Below, in pieces: positions 39,297-47,090 of a stretch of 47,782 nucleotides of DNA; within the stretch, counting starts at the first letter, position 1; each line of letters opens with the position of its first letter. The DNA lies in contig CAVZWH010000028.1 in assembly GCA_963778905.1 (NCBI GenBank), forward strand, positions 1-47,782, in the 5' to 3' direction. The translations under genes were made by a program, and so were the position numbers. The DNA comes from Candidatus Staskawiczbacteria bacterium. Its GTDB lineage: Bacteria; Patescibacteriota; Minisyncoccia; Minisyncoccales; Staskawiczbacteraceae. Under the pieces are notes generated by a model. That model searched no databases, was not told the origin of the DNA, and saw nothing but the letters and a program-made list of their open reading frames with translations.

Positions 39297-39878
39297 ATGG
39301 AAAAACAATTGATACCAAACTCGACGCTCATTCCAAATATTCTGCTAGATTTTGTTTTACCCGAATTACCTGCCGGAGAAATGAGATGCCTATTATACAT
39401 TTGTCGGAGGACATATGGATTTCACAAAGACTACGACAGAATAAGCTTTACTCAATTTATATTTGGAATAACCGGAAAGGACAAAGGTTGCGGAGTTTCA
39501 AGGCCCGTAGTAGCAGAATCCTTGAGAAATTTGGCGCAAGCCGGAGCTATAACAACTCAAAAAAGCAAGCTCGGAAACATCTATAAAATCAACTTAGATA
39601 TGGATCCGGAGGGGGTAGTTAGGAAAGTTAACCAGTTAAGAAAGTTAACCGAAAGTAGTAAGGAAAGTAAACCGAAACAGGTTAGGCTACTTAACCTACA
39701 AAATAAAGGAAATATAGGAAATAAAGAGGTTTTTAAAAATTTAAAAAACGAAACGAACGAAACGTCAAATAGAAAGGGACAACTGCTTGAAATGTATAAG
39801 GTGATGAAATCGAAAGGAATAATTAAAAAATTAAATCCGGAATACGAAGCAATAATTGCCGGAGAAAAATCATTATGA
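39297..39878 (+). CDS. Phage replication initiator (lambda-O-like N-terminal domain)
   Basis: IPNILLD, LLYICRRTYGFHK..DRIS motif; contains iterons. Confidence 0.8.
   Translation: MEKQLIPNSTLIPNILLDFVLPELPAGEMRCLLYICRRTYGFHKDYDRISFTQFIFGITGKDKGCGVSRPVVAESLRNLAQAGAITTQKSKLGNIYKINLDMDPEGVVRKVNQLRKLTESSKESKPKQVRLLNLQNKGNIGNKEVFKNLKNETNETSNRKGQLLEMYKVMKSKGIIKKLNPEYEAIIAGEKSL
39618..39696. repeat. Four 16-bp semi-palindromic iterons, probable phage origin
   Basis: GTTAGGAAAGTTAACC, GTTAAGAAAGTTAACC, GTAAGGAAAGTAAACC, GTTAGGCTACTTAACC, followed by an AT-rich tract. Confidence 0.8.
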
Positions 39879-40045
39879 AAGAAAAATACAGAATTTATTT
39901 CAGAATACCTTTTACATGGTATTATTTGGCGAAAGTGAAAGTAGCGCGATATGAAAATGGAAAAAAAGACAAGGCATTGTTTTGTTTAGCAGTAAAGAAA
40001 TACATTGAAGCGCAAAAAATATATCAGTGGCAATTTCTGCTGTAA
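39875..40045 (+). CDS. Small phage hypothetical protein, 56 aa, not in the ORF track
   Basis: ATGA overlap with the initiator stop codon; MKEKYRIYFRIPFTWYY... Confidence 0.5.
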   Translation: MKEKYRIYFRIPFTWYYLAKVKVARYENGKKDKALFCLAVKKYIEAQKIYQWQFLL

Positions 40046-40048
40046 TCG

Positions 40049-40163
40049 TGCGGAGTAGCATAGTGGATAATGCCCTTATGGATCCGATAAGGTTAATTGC
40101 AGGGTTGGCATCGGCCGTAAGTCCTTCTGCAACAATGCGGCGTTCGATTCGTCGCCTCCGCAA
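40049..40163 (+). ncRNA. tRNA-like RNA with a very long variable arm and a non-canonical anticodon loop
   Basis: TGCGGAG/CTCCGCA acceptor; TA-GCAT-AGTGGATA-ATGC D arm; CTTAT-GGATCCG-ATAAG; GCGGCG-TTCGATT-CGTCGC T arm. Confidence 0.7.
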
Positions 40164-40185
40164 AATATTATTAAACTTTTTAAAA

Positions 40186-40590
40186 ATGAATCCAATAATT
40201 GCGTTAAGAAAATGGCTCTATAAAATTCATTATATCCATTACCTTGAGAAAACGGCTTGGACATACGCATTAGAAGCTGAACTCGAGGAGAAAAAAGAGC
40301 TGGCAGAAAATTATCAACGCCGGGATAATATAGTGGCTGATAGCGAGGGAAAATTAAAACTCTTAGAGGAAAATAAAACGAAGTTGGCGGAATGCAAAGA
40401 CAAGGAAACATATCAAACAGTAAAAAAAGAGGTCGATGCACTTAACGCCGAAATTGAATCAAATCGGATTGCAAAAGAAGGCATGGAAAAGCAATACATA
40501 TCTGGGCTTATAAAATCCATAGCAACTAAACGGCAACAATGTGCAGATAGTTTGGCCAAAGCCAAAGCGTGCCGCAAATTAAAAATATAG
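40186..40590 (+). CDS. Phage hypothetical coiled-coil protein
   Basis: E/K-rich heptads; start moved downstream of the tRNA-like element. Confidence 0.65.
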   Translation: MNPIIALRKWLYKIHYIHYLEKTAWTYALEAELEEKKELAENYQRRDNIVADSEGKLKLLEENKTKLAECKDKETYQTVKKEVDALNAEIESNRIAKEGMEKQYISGLIKSIATKRQQCADSLAKAKACRKLKI

Positions 40591-40592
40591 AC

Positions 40593-42002
40593 ATGGAAAC
40601 AAAACAAGTAAAAATTGAGGAATTAAAACCGGCAGAATACAATCCGAGAAAATGGTCTGAAAAAGACATTGCAGATTTAAAGAAAAGCATTCAAGAATTC
40701 GGATTGGTAGATCCAATAATAGTAAATGGCGCGCCGGAAAGATTCAATATAATAATTGGCGGGCATTTTCGTCTTTATTGTGCCAAAGAGCTAGGACATA
40801 AAGAGGTGCCAGTAGTTTACGTTAACATTCCGGATATAAAGCGCGAGCAGGAATTGAATTTGAGGCTGAATAAAAATATGGGACAATGGGATTTGGATTT
40901 ATTAGCTAATTTTGATGAGCAAATATTGTTGGATGTAGGATTTGCTGCCGGTGAATTAGACAATATATTCGGGTTAGAAAAGACAGATGACTTCAACGCC
41001 CAGGAGGAATTTGATAAGGCTGTGAAGCAACCAAGGGGGGTCCAGGAAGGAGATTTATGGCAACTGGGCGTCCATAAGCTCATTGTGGGAGATGCAACCC
41101 GCAAAGAGGATTGGCAACGCCTGCTCGGATTAGAAAAGTTTGACTTCATGTTCACGGACCCCCCGTACAGATTGGCATACTGCAAAAAGCGGGTCAGAAA
41201 AGTGAAAACAAAAGACGGCTGGAAAATAAAAGCTGAAAGGGAATATGAATCAGTCGGCGAAACAGATTCGAAGGGAAAAGAAAAAGGATTCGGCTATAAG
41301 GGCAACAGAAAATATGAAGGCGTTGAACAGCATGGTGGAGTTCCGGAATTTGACGAATGGCTTTCAATCGCCAACGAATTCAAGAACGAATTAGGATCAA
41401 ACGTCATGGTGTTCGAGAACTGGAGAAACACTCCCGACCTTTGGGGAGCCATAGAAAAGTATTGGGCCATACAAAACATGGTTATCTGGCACACGCCAAA
41501 CAGAACGCAAGGATTTTCGGCAAAGTATAAATTCTTCAACAGGTTTGATGTTGCTCCAGTTGGTAGCGAAGGAGATGCGGCACTGAACGAAATCGATGAG
41601 GATGAGTTTAGAAATTATCTTGAAGGCAAAGGTCAAAAGCTTGTTGATACCTACGAAATATCTTTGTATGGAAAAAACGGAAAGCCGAATTGGAATAAAG
41701 ATAAAGGCACGAAGTTTTGGGTGATGGGCGACCATGTCACACACGCAACAGATTCGGCTTCTGCATCCGGCCAGAATTTTATTTTCGGGACAAAGCCAAT
41801 TCCAATATTAGTTCCATATGTAAAAATACTCAGTCCAAGAAACGGAATTGTTATGGAGCCATTCTGTGGATCGGGTTCAACAATGATAGCTTGCGAGATT
41901 ATGAAAAGGCAGTGCCGAAGCATAGAAAAATCGCCAAGATACGTCGAGGTAATCCTTAATCGCTGGGAAAAGTTCACGGGTCAGAAAGCTGTAAAGCTTT
42001 AA
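40593..42002 (+). CDS. ParB-like domain fused to a DNA N6/N4 methyltransferase
   Basis: LKPAEYNPR and IIGGH.R (ParB); DPPY (motif IV) before EPFCGSGST (motif I), beta-class order. Confidence 0.9.
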   Translation: METKQVKIEELKPAEYNPRKWSEKDIADLKKSIQEFGLVDPIIVNGAPERFNIIIGGHFRLYCAKELGHKEVPVVYVNIPDIKREQELNLRLNKNMGQWDLDLLANFDEQILLDVGFAAGELDNIFGLEKTDDFNAQEEFDKAVKQPRGVQEGDLWQLGVHKLIVGDATRKEDWQRLLGLEKFDFMFTDPPYRLAYCKKRVRKVKTKDGWKIKAEREYESVGETDSKGKEKGFGYKGNRKYEGVEQHGGVPEFDEWLSIANEFKNELGSNVMVFENWRNTPDLWGAIEKYWAIQNMVIWHTPNRTQGFSAKYKFFNRFDVAPVGSEGDAALNEIDEDEFRNYLEGKGQKLVDTYEISLYGKNGKPNWNKDKGTKFWVMGDHVTHATDSASASGQNFIFGTKPIPILVPYVKILSPRNGIVMEPFCGSGSTMIACEIMKRQCRSIEKSPRYVEVILNRWEKFTGQKAVKL

Positions 42003-42027
42003 CGCCGAAATAGTCGTAAAAAGCCCG

Positions 42028-42666
42028 ATGATGCTGACAAAAATGACATATTCAAAAGAGGCAAATGATTTCTATCTTGAAAAGGTTAGGATGGTTATGG
42101 TTTTAAGGGGCAACAATGTTTCGTGCCGTGAGATTTCAGATATACTTTCAAAGCAAAAGAATCCGATAAAAATAAGCTATGACTATGCCAACAAGTTGAA
42201 AAATAAAATCTTGCGGGAAATGGATTACAGGGCGAGGCAATACTCATATCAAAATGTCATTCCCGATTTGGAAAATACACTAATGGAAACTATAAGGCAG
42301 ACATGGGCCATAGTAATGAACCCGGACACAGTGCCGTCAGTCAAAATCCAAGCGCTGAAAGAAGTCAGAGAAGCAAAACAGCAATTGATAGACAATCTGT
42401 TAAAAACAGGAAAGCTGAATAAGGCACCAGAGAAGGTAGCTATTTATAGGCACGAGGAGCGTGAAATAAAGTTGCCTGCTGAAGTGTTAGCTGCAATCGA
42501 GTGCATTGAAATGCAAATGGCTCCAAGGCCGAAACCAGTAAAATATATTACGCAGCCAAAAGAATTGCCAACGGAGATGGCAGTGAAAAATGAACAGCCA
42601 AAAACAGAAAGAACAGAAATTAAATTCCCCGGAGGAACACTCACAAGCAAACCTTCTCTCCCTTAA
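42028..42666 (+). CDS. Probable terminase small subunit
   Basis: HTH-like N-terminus; typical position after the ParB-methylase; inferred mainly from context. Confidence 0.5.
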   Translation: MMLTKMTYSKEANDFYLEKVRMVMVLRGNNVSCREISDILSKQKNPIKISYDYANKLKNKILREMDYRARQYSYQNVIPDLENTLMETIRQTWAIVMNPDTVPSVKIQALKEVREAKQQLIDNLLKTGKLNKAPEKVAIYRHEEREIKLPAEVLAAIECIEMQMAPRPKPVKYITQPKELPTEMAVKNEQPKTERTEIKFPGGTLTSKPSLP

Positions 42667-42739
42667 AGAACGCAGTGCAAGAAGGCAGTTGATAAAAGAC
42701 AAAGGCTTCCCGGCGTTCTGCATGATTTATCTTGCGCAT
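42590..42739 (+). pseudogene. N-terminal stub of the next gene (probable terminase large subunit), cut by the IS
   Basis: ...RRQLIKDKGFPAFCMIYLAH runs straight into the IS end at 42740. Confidence 0.5.
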
Positions 42740-42768
42740 TGCAAGGTACCCATTTCTTCGGACACTCG

Positions 42769-43590
42769 TTATACAGATAAGCTCGACCTTTCGTAATACT
42801 TCTTCGCAAATTCGGCAGGCGGCATTTTAAGCGAGGTCTGGATTCTGGTGTTGTTGTAATTGTGAATTGTTTTGTAGATTGCCCACACTAATTCCCCTAA
42901 GTGATTAAATCTGTTCGGGTCGCCCAAATCAACTTTGAACTGGGAGTAAAACGATTCCTGGTATCCGTTTTCCCAAGGGCATCCTTTCTGGCTCATGGAA
43001 GGATTGATGTTTAAATTGTTTTGCAATGCCACGTAATCTTTTGAAGCGTATTCTGAACCTTGGTCTGAGTGTGAGATTTCTGGAGTTGGGTGATTGCTTA
43101 CGGCCGATAAAAGTGCGTTCATTACGAGACTACTGGAATGATTAAGCAAGACGGAAAATCCAACAATTTGTTTTGTGAATAAATCCAGCACAGTCGCAAG
43201 ATACACAGTTCGTTTTTTGAATTGGATGTAGGTAAAGTCGGAAGTCCAGATGTGATTGGGAAAACTCGGACAATTTGTTAAAAGCAGATTCGGAAATTGC
43301 TCTGAATATTCTTTTTTGACTTTTTTCCATTTTTTCCCTCTGCGGCGATACGGCTTTATGCCGAATATTTTCATTACTCTCAGTATTCTTTTCTTGTTGA
43401 TTTTTAAGTGCATTGCCAATCTTTTGTGACCGTAGCTTGGAAATTCTCTGAGCGTAATTTCAATCTGTTGTTTTAATATCCAATCCTTGTCCGGCTGCCT
43501 GTGATGGTAGTATAGCATTGAGCGGGACATTCCTGCTGCCTTGCTGAATTGTGTTTTGTCCAACGAACAATCTTTGCTCAATCCTTTTTT
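42769..43590 (-). CDS. IS3 OrfB DDE transposase, expressed via a -1 frameshift
   Basis: WTSDFTY, HSDQGSEY and ENGYQESF; A-AAA-AAG slippery site at 43590-43584. Confidence 0.92.
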   Translation of the reverse strand, partial: KKGLSKDCSLDKTQFSKAAGMSRSMLYYHHRQPDKDWILKQQIEITLREFPSYGHKRLAMHLKINKKRILRVMKIFGIKPYRRRGKKWKKVKKEYSEQFPNLLLTNCPSFPNHIWTSDFTYIQFKKRTVYLATVLDLFTKQIVGFSVLLNHSSSLVMNALLSAVSNHPTPEISHSDQGSEYASKDYVALQNNLNINPSMSQKGCPWENGYQESFYSQFKVDLGDPNRFNHLGELVWAIYKTIHNYNNTRIQTSLKMPPAEFAKKYYERSSLSV

Positions 43591-43847
43591 TGGGCTTGGG
43601 ACAGTTTTATGGTTAGCGACCCCACCAGTTCCAGCAGTCCTTTGTTTTCCTTTTTTACTCTGGCAAACTCGGCCCACGAAGGATTGCCGGACACTCCTTT
43701 GGTTAGCCACTTGTAAATTGTGGCTTCGGAAACTCCGTGGTCCTGGCTGGCTTGCGAGACGCTCACGCCTTCGTCTTTGACTCTTTTTAGTATTTGGTCT
43801 TTTACTTCTTTGGCTACATGGTAGCCTTTTTTAGTTGTAGTTGTCAT
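43578..43847 (-). CDS. IS3 OrfA HTH protein
   Basis: SVSQASQDHGVSEATIYKW HTH followed by a leucine-zipper-like segment. Confidence 0.88.
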   Translation of the reverse strand: MTTTTKKGYHVAKEVKDQILKRVKDEGVSVSQASQDHGVSEATIYKWLTKGVSGNPSWAEFARVKKENKGLLELVGSLTIKLSQAQKKD

Positions 43848-43929
43848 ATACCTTTTACCCCTATTATACATTTACATTGTTAATATTCAAACCCGTAGAA
43901 AGAGTGTCTGAATTTTGGGGTACCTGCCA

Positions 43930-44212
43930 GTGTCCTCACAGTGGAATTGAGTTAGATGGTTCATACCAAGCAAATTATATGACAATCATCGGCAACAATA
44001 TAAACGGCTGTGGCGCCGACGGAATAAAATCAACCAATACTTATCTTTCTTATTCAACCATAATGGGTAATTCAATTCACGGATGTTTGAATAAAAGTTT
44101 GAATGTGTCTGTATATTATTCAAACGTAATCGGCAACGCTGGATACAGTTCGGTTTCAAGCACAATAACAAATCAAGGAGGCGCTAACATTCAATACAAC
44201 ATAGTCAATTAA
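43930..44212 (+). pseudogene. C-terminal fragment of a beta-helix (tailspike-like) protein
   Basis: Repeated I.GN.I.GC units; the reading frame has no own start outside the IS. Confidence 0.6.
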
Positions 44213-44239
44213 AATTAATACCGGGAAACCGGAAAAAAC

Positions 44240-44428
44240 ATGACACTAATAAAAGGGACAGACGGCAAAATTTATTCAGCAACCGGCGAAATCGTTGTTG
44301 CAGATTTACAGGCACAAATAGATGCCTTGACTGCACAAAAAATCGTAGAAGTCCAAAGAACTTCTGATAGGTTTGACGCACAAATCGCAGAAATACAAAA
44401 TACTATTAACCAAGCTAATAGCTTGTAA
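44240..44428 (+). CDS. Phage hypothetical coiled-coil protein
   Basis: LQAQIDAL...IAEIQ; tightly packed gene order. Confidence 0.6.
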   Translation: MTLIKGTDGKIYSATGEIVVADLQAQIDALTAQKIVEVQRTSDRFDAQIAEIQNTINQANSL

Positions 44429-44433
44429 AAAAT

Positions 44434-44703
44434 ATGATTCCAACAATTTTTAACATATCGATGGCCAATGCAAATCAGGAATATGGCCAAGCATTGCCGG
44501 TGCTTACGAAAACAGTGTTGATTCAAAACAGGAACAGTGTAGCAATTCAACTTGCGTATATTCAAGGACAATCTGGGACAAATTATATAACAATCCCAGC
44601 CGGCGCTTCAAAGTCTTTAGACGGCGCTTGGGTAAGCAGTCTGACGCTCTATTTTCAATCACCTTCCGCAGGGCAGGTTTGTGAAATAGAATGTTGGAAC
44701 TAA
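44434..44703 (+). CDS. Phage hypothetical beta-rich protein
   Basis: ORF packing and amino-acid composition. Confidence 0.6.
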   Translation: MIPTIFNISMANANQEYGQALPVLTKTVLIQNRNSVAIQLAYIQGQSGTNYITIPAGASKSLDGAWVSSLTLYFQSPSAGQVCEIECWN

Positions 44704-44708
44704 AAAAT

Positions 44709-45431
44709 ATGAACAAATTTTTAAAAGGAATTTTAATTGGACTATCCGCGAGCGTGTTGCTTGTTGCAGCCGTGGCAATGGCCGGAATAGGCGGAAGCGG
44801 AATAAATATTGTTTCGCCTCAGTGGGGCAATATACAAGGAGTGATTTCAAACCAGCCAGACCTCGTTAATTATGTGGCAACTCATGGCGAGCCAGCAACT
44901 CAGACGCCTTGGGGTTCAAACATAAACGGAGGCGGGCATAATTTGAGCAATGTCGGAAGTATTTCGGTTGGAAGTTTGACTGCCACAACTACGGCTTCTC
45001 TCGGTAATGTTTTTGTTGGTTCTTCAAATCAGATTCAGATTGATGGCACGGGAGATATTATTGGTACAGCTTCACCATCAAATTCTATTAGTGGAATGCA
45101 AATAATTCCGAGAGTGGGAAGCGTGACCGATGTTTCGTCGATAACACCCAATATAGGATTATACGACCAATACGAAGTGACGGCATTAAATCAGGCTTTA
45201 ACAATACATATTCCTTCCGGAGAAACACCGGTCGACGGCCAAAGGTTAATATTGAGATTTAAAGATGCTGGTTCGGCCGAGTCTTTAACCTGGGTGACGA
45301 GCACTGGCGGATACAGGGCAGTGGGAATCACGCTGCCGACAACGACGGTTGAAGGAAAAGTTTTATACGTCGGTTGCATATATAATTCGCAAGACAGTTA
45401 CTACGATTGTGTAGCAACAGGTCAACAATAA
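44709..45431 (+). CDS. Tail-fibre-like protein with an N-terminal signal-peptide-like segment
   Basis: MNKFLKGILIGLSASVLLVAAVAMA; G/S/T/N-rich shaft; C-terminal DGQRLILRFKD...LPTTT...YVGCIYN domain. Confidence 0.6.
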   Translation: MNKFLKGILIGLSASVLLVAAVAMAGIGGSGINIVSPQWGNIQGVISNQPDLVNYVATHGEPATQTPWGSNINGGGHNLSNVGSISVGSLTATTTASLGNVFVGSSNQIQIDGTGDIIGTASPSNSISGMQIIPRVGSVTDVSSITPNIGLYDQYEVTALNQALTIHIPSGETPVDGQRLILRFKDAGSAESLTWVTSTGGYRAVGITLPTTTVEGKVLYVGCIYNSQDSYYDCVATGQQ

Positions 45432-45671
45432 ATGGACAAACAAACGGAAAAAGAAATGTTCGAGTTTATAGGAGAAACAAGGACTGATATAAAAGCAATC
45501 AAGGAATTGTTAAAAGCTTTGCCCTGTTCCGTTCACCAAAAAAAGATAGAACAGCACGATGCGTCCATAAATAAAGCATGGGGAGCAGTTGCTGTTATCA
45601 GTACAATTTTTGGATTTGTGGGATGGATGTTGGCTCCGTTTGTTACATGGTTTTTAGGAAAAACAAAATAA
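45432..45671 (+). CDS. Small coiled-coil protein with a C-terminal TM helix (lysis-region protein)
   Basis: Hydrophobic C-terminus; precedes the peptidase. Confidence 0.6.
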   Translation: MDKQTEKEMFEFIGETRTDIKAIKELLKALPCSVHQKKIEQHDASINKAWGAVAVISTIFGFVGWMLAPFVTWFLGKTK

Positions 45672-45688
45672 TATTAAATTTAAAAAAC

Positions 45689-46682
45689 ATGAATTGGTTA
45701 ATACAACTTATTAAAAATTTAATTTTCGGAATACAAAAATTTAAAACTGGTTTAATTCCCAGCCCCGTTGATTATCGAGATGTTCCAATGACTTCGATTA
45801 TGTCATCTGGTCAAGTTGTCCCAAAAGAGTTTTTCTTTCAAAAGCCCCTGCCTTACGAAAACCAAGGATCTAAGCCAAAATGCGTGGCCTGCACCGGCGT
45901 TACAATAGACAGCGCAATCCAGGCTATTTTAGGTGTCAATATTAAATTTGATTTCAGACTGGCTATATCAGCAGTGCAAATTAATCGACGGACTTCCCGC
46001 CGGAACGCAAGGTACAACTTTCCGCGCAATGCTTTCTGTTTTAAAAAATGTTGGTTGTATGCAAAAAGGCGGCAATCCGAATGATTCAGCAACAATAGCA
46101 AAATACAAAATAAAAGGTTACGTGCAGGTAAGCACAGACATACAGTCGCTTAAAACTGCAATTTACAATTTCGGCGTCGTGCTGATAGGATTTCACGGTT
46201 CAGACAACGGCTGGCAAACGGCGGTGATAAGAGCTCCATTGCCCGGAGAAACCATCTGGGGTCACGCAACATCGGGCAAGGGGTATAACGAAATAAATGT
46301 GAGAGGGCAGAATAGCTGGGGGCAACAATGGGGCGATAACGGCGATTTCTATTTTGGCCAGGAATACACGCCATTTGAAGCGTGGGCTGTTGTGCAAACT
46401 TTGCCTGCTAACTGGGAAAGTCTTTTGCCGCAGCAAAACGATAAGCCGCATATTAAATTTGTGAATCCGTTGTCTTATGGAGTACGGGGTTCAGAAGTCA
46501 TACAGTTACAAGATTGCTTGAAATGGATAGGCTGTATTCCAAACGAAGTGCCGTCTACCGGTTTATTTGGCCCGCTAACTTTGGCAGGAGTAAAACTGTT
46601 TCAGGAAAGGTGCAATCTGCCGCAGACCGGGTATGTTGGACAACTCACGATTAATCAATTAAATCAGATTTTCGCTCAATAA
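45689..46682 (+). CDS. Papain-like (C1) peptidase with a peptidoglycan-binding domain, probable endolysin; extra T at about 45952-45954
   Basis: NQGSKPKC, WGHA and QNSWG..WG catalytic motifs; C-terminal G.FGPLT..GVKLFQ PG-binding pattern. Confidence 0.8.
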
Positions 46683-46731
46683 AAAAATAATTATTTTTAA
46701 AAGTTAATTAATCTTTGCTAACCGAAAAAAT

Positions 46732-46959
46732 ATGGCTGGCAAAAAAATAATGCAATTTGCATTTTCGTTCGATAAGCAAACAATTTTAAATATTGTGCGA
46801 CAAGCCGCGATTGCCGCTTTGGCCACTTTCATTTATGTGGTTTTAGAAATGCTGACACACATAAATTTCGGTCAGTACAATCCCGTAGTGATTCCGATAA
46901 TCGCATTACTGATTCATTCGGTTGATCAGTGGAGAACAGGAGTAACACCGGCGAATTGA
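46732..46959 (+). CDS. Holin-like small membrane protein
   Basis: 75 aa with two hydrophobic helices, next to the putative endolysin. Confidence 0.6.
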   Translation: MAGKKIMQFAFSFDKQTILNIVRQAAIAALATFIYVVLEMLTHINFGQYNPVVIPIIALLIHSVDQWRTGVTPAN

Positions 46960-47090
46960 TATTAGAAGTAATTTAATGAGTTTTTAGCACAAGATACCCG
47001 GTGCTTGACTTGGGCTTTTTGCATAGTATAATAGGTGTAATAAGCAAAAAAGGGACTTTTTGCTTAATATAAGTAAAATACTATACAAAA

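Larger units (their letters stand above)
42740..43929 (-). mobile_element. IS3-family insertion sequence, 1190 bp, no target-site duplication
   Basis: TG...CA ends; 28-bp imperfect IRs TGCAAGGTACCCATTTCTTCGGACACTC and TGGCAGGTACCCCAAAATTCAGACACTC; orfA/orfB. Confidence 0.92.
37700..46970 (+). mobile_element. Defective prophage remnant (replication, methylase, terminase, then tail-end and lysis genes); no integrase or att pair seen
   Basis: Co-oriented phage-type genes in canonical order; boundaries approximate. Confidence 0.8.

Noticed and set aside
39618-39696. Possible mini-CRISPR array
   Set aside because: Repeats are 16 bp with 1-7 nt gaps inside a gene and there are no cas genes; iterons fit better
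43917-43924. GGGGTACC in the IS3 end matching the reverse complement of the 17-nt coding element
   Set aside because: Only 8 bp, internal to the IR, and without the hairpin; insufficient to link the two
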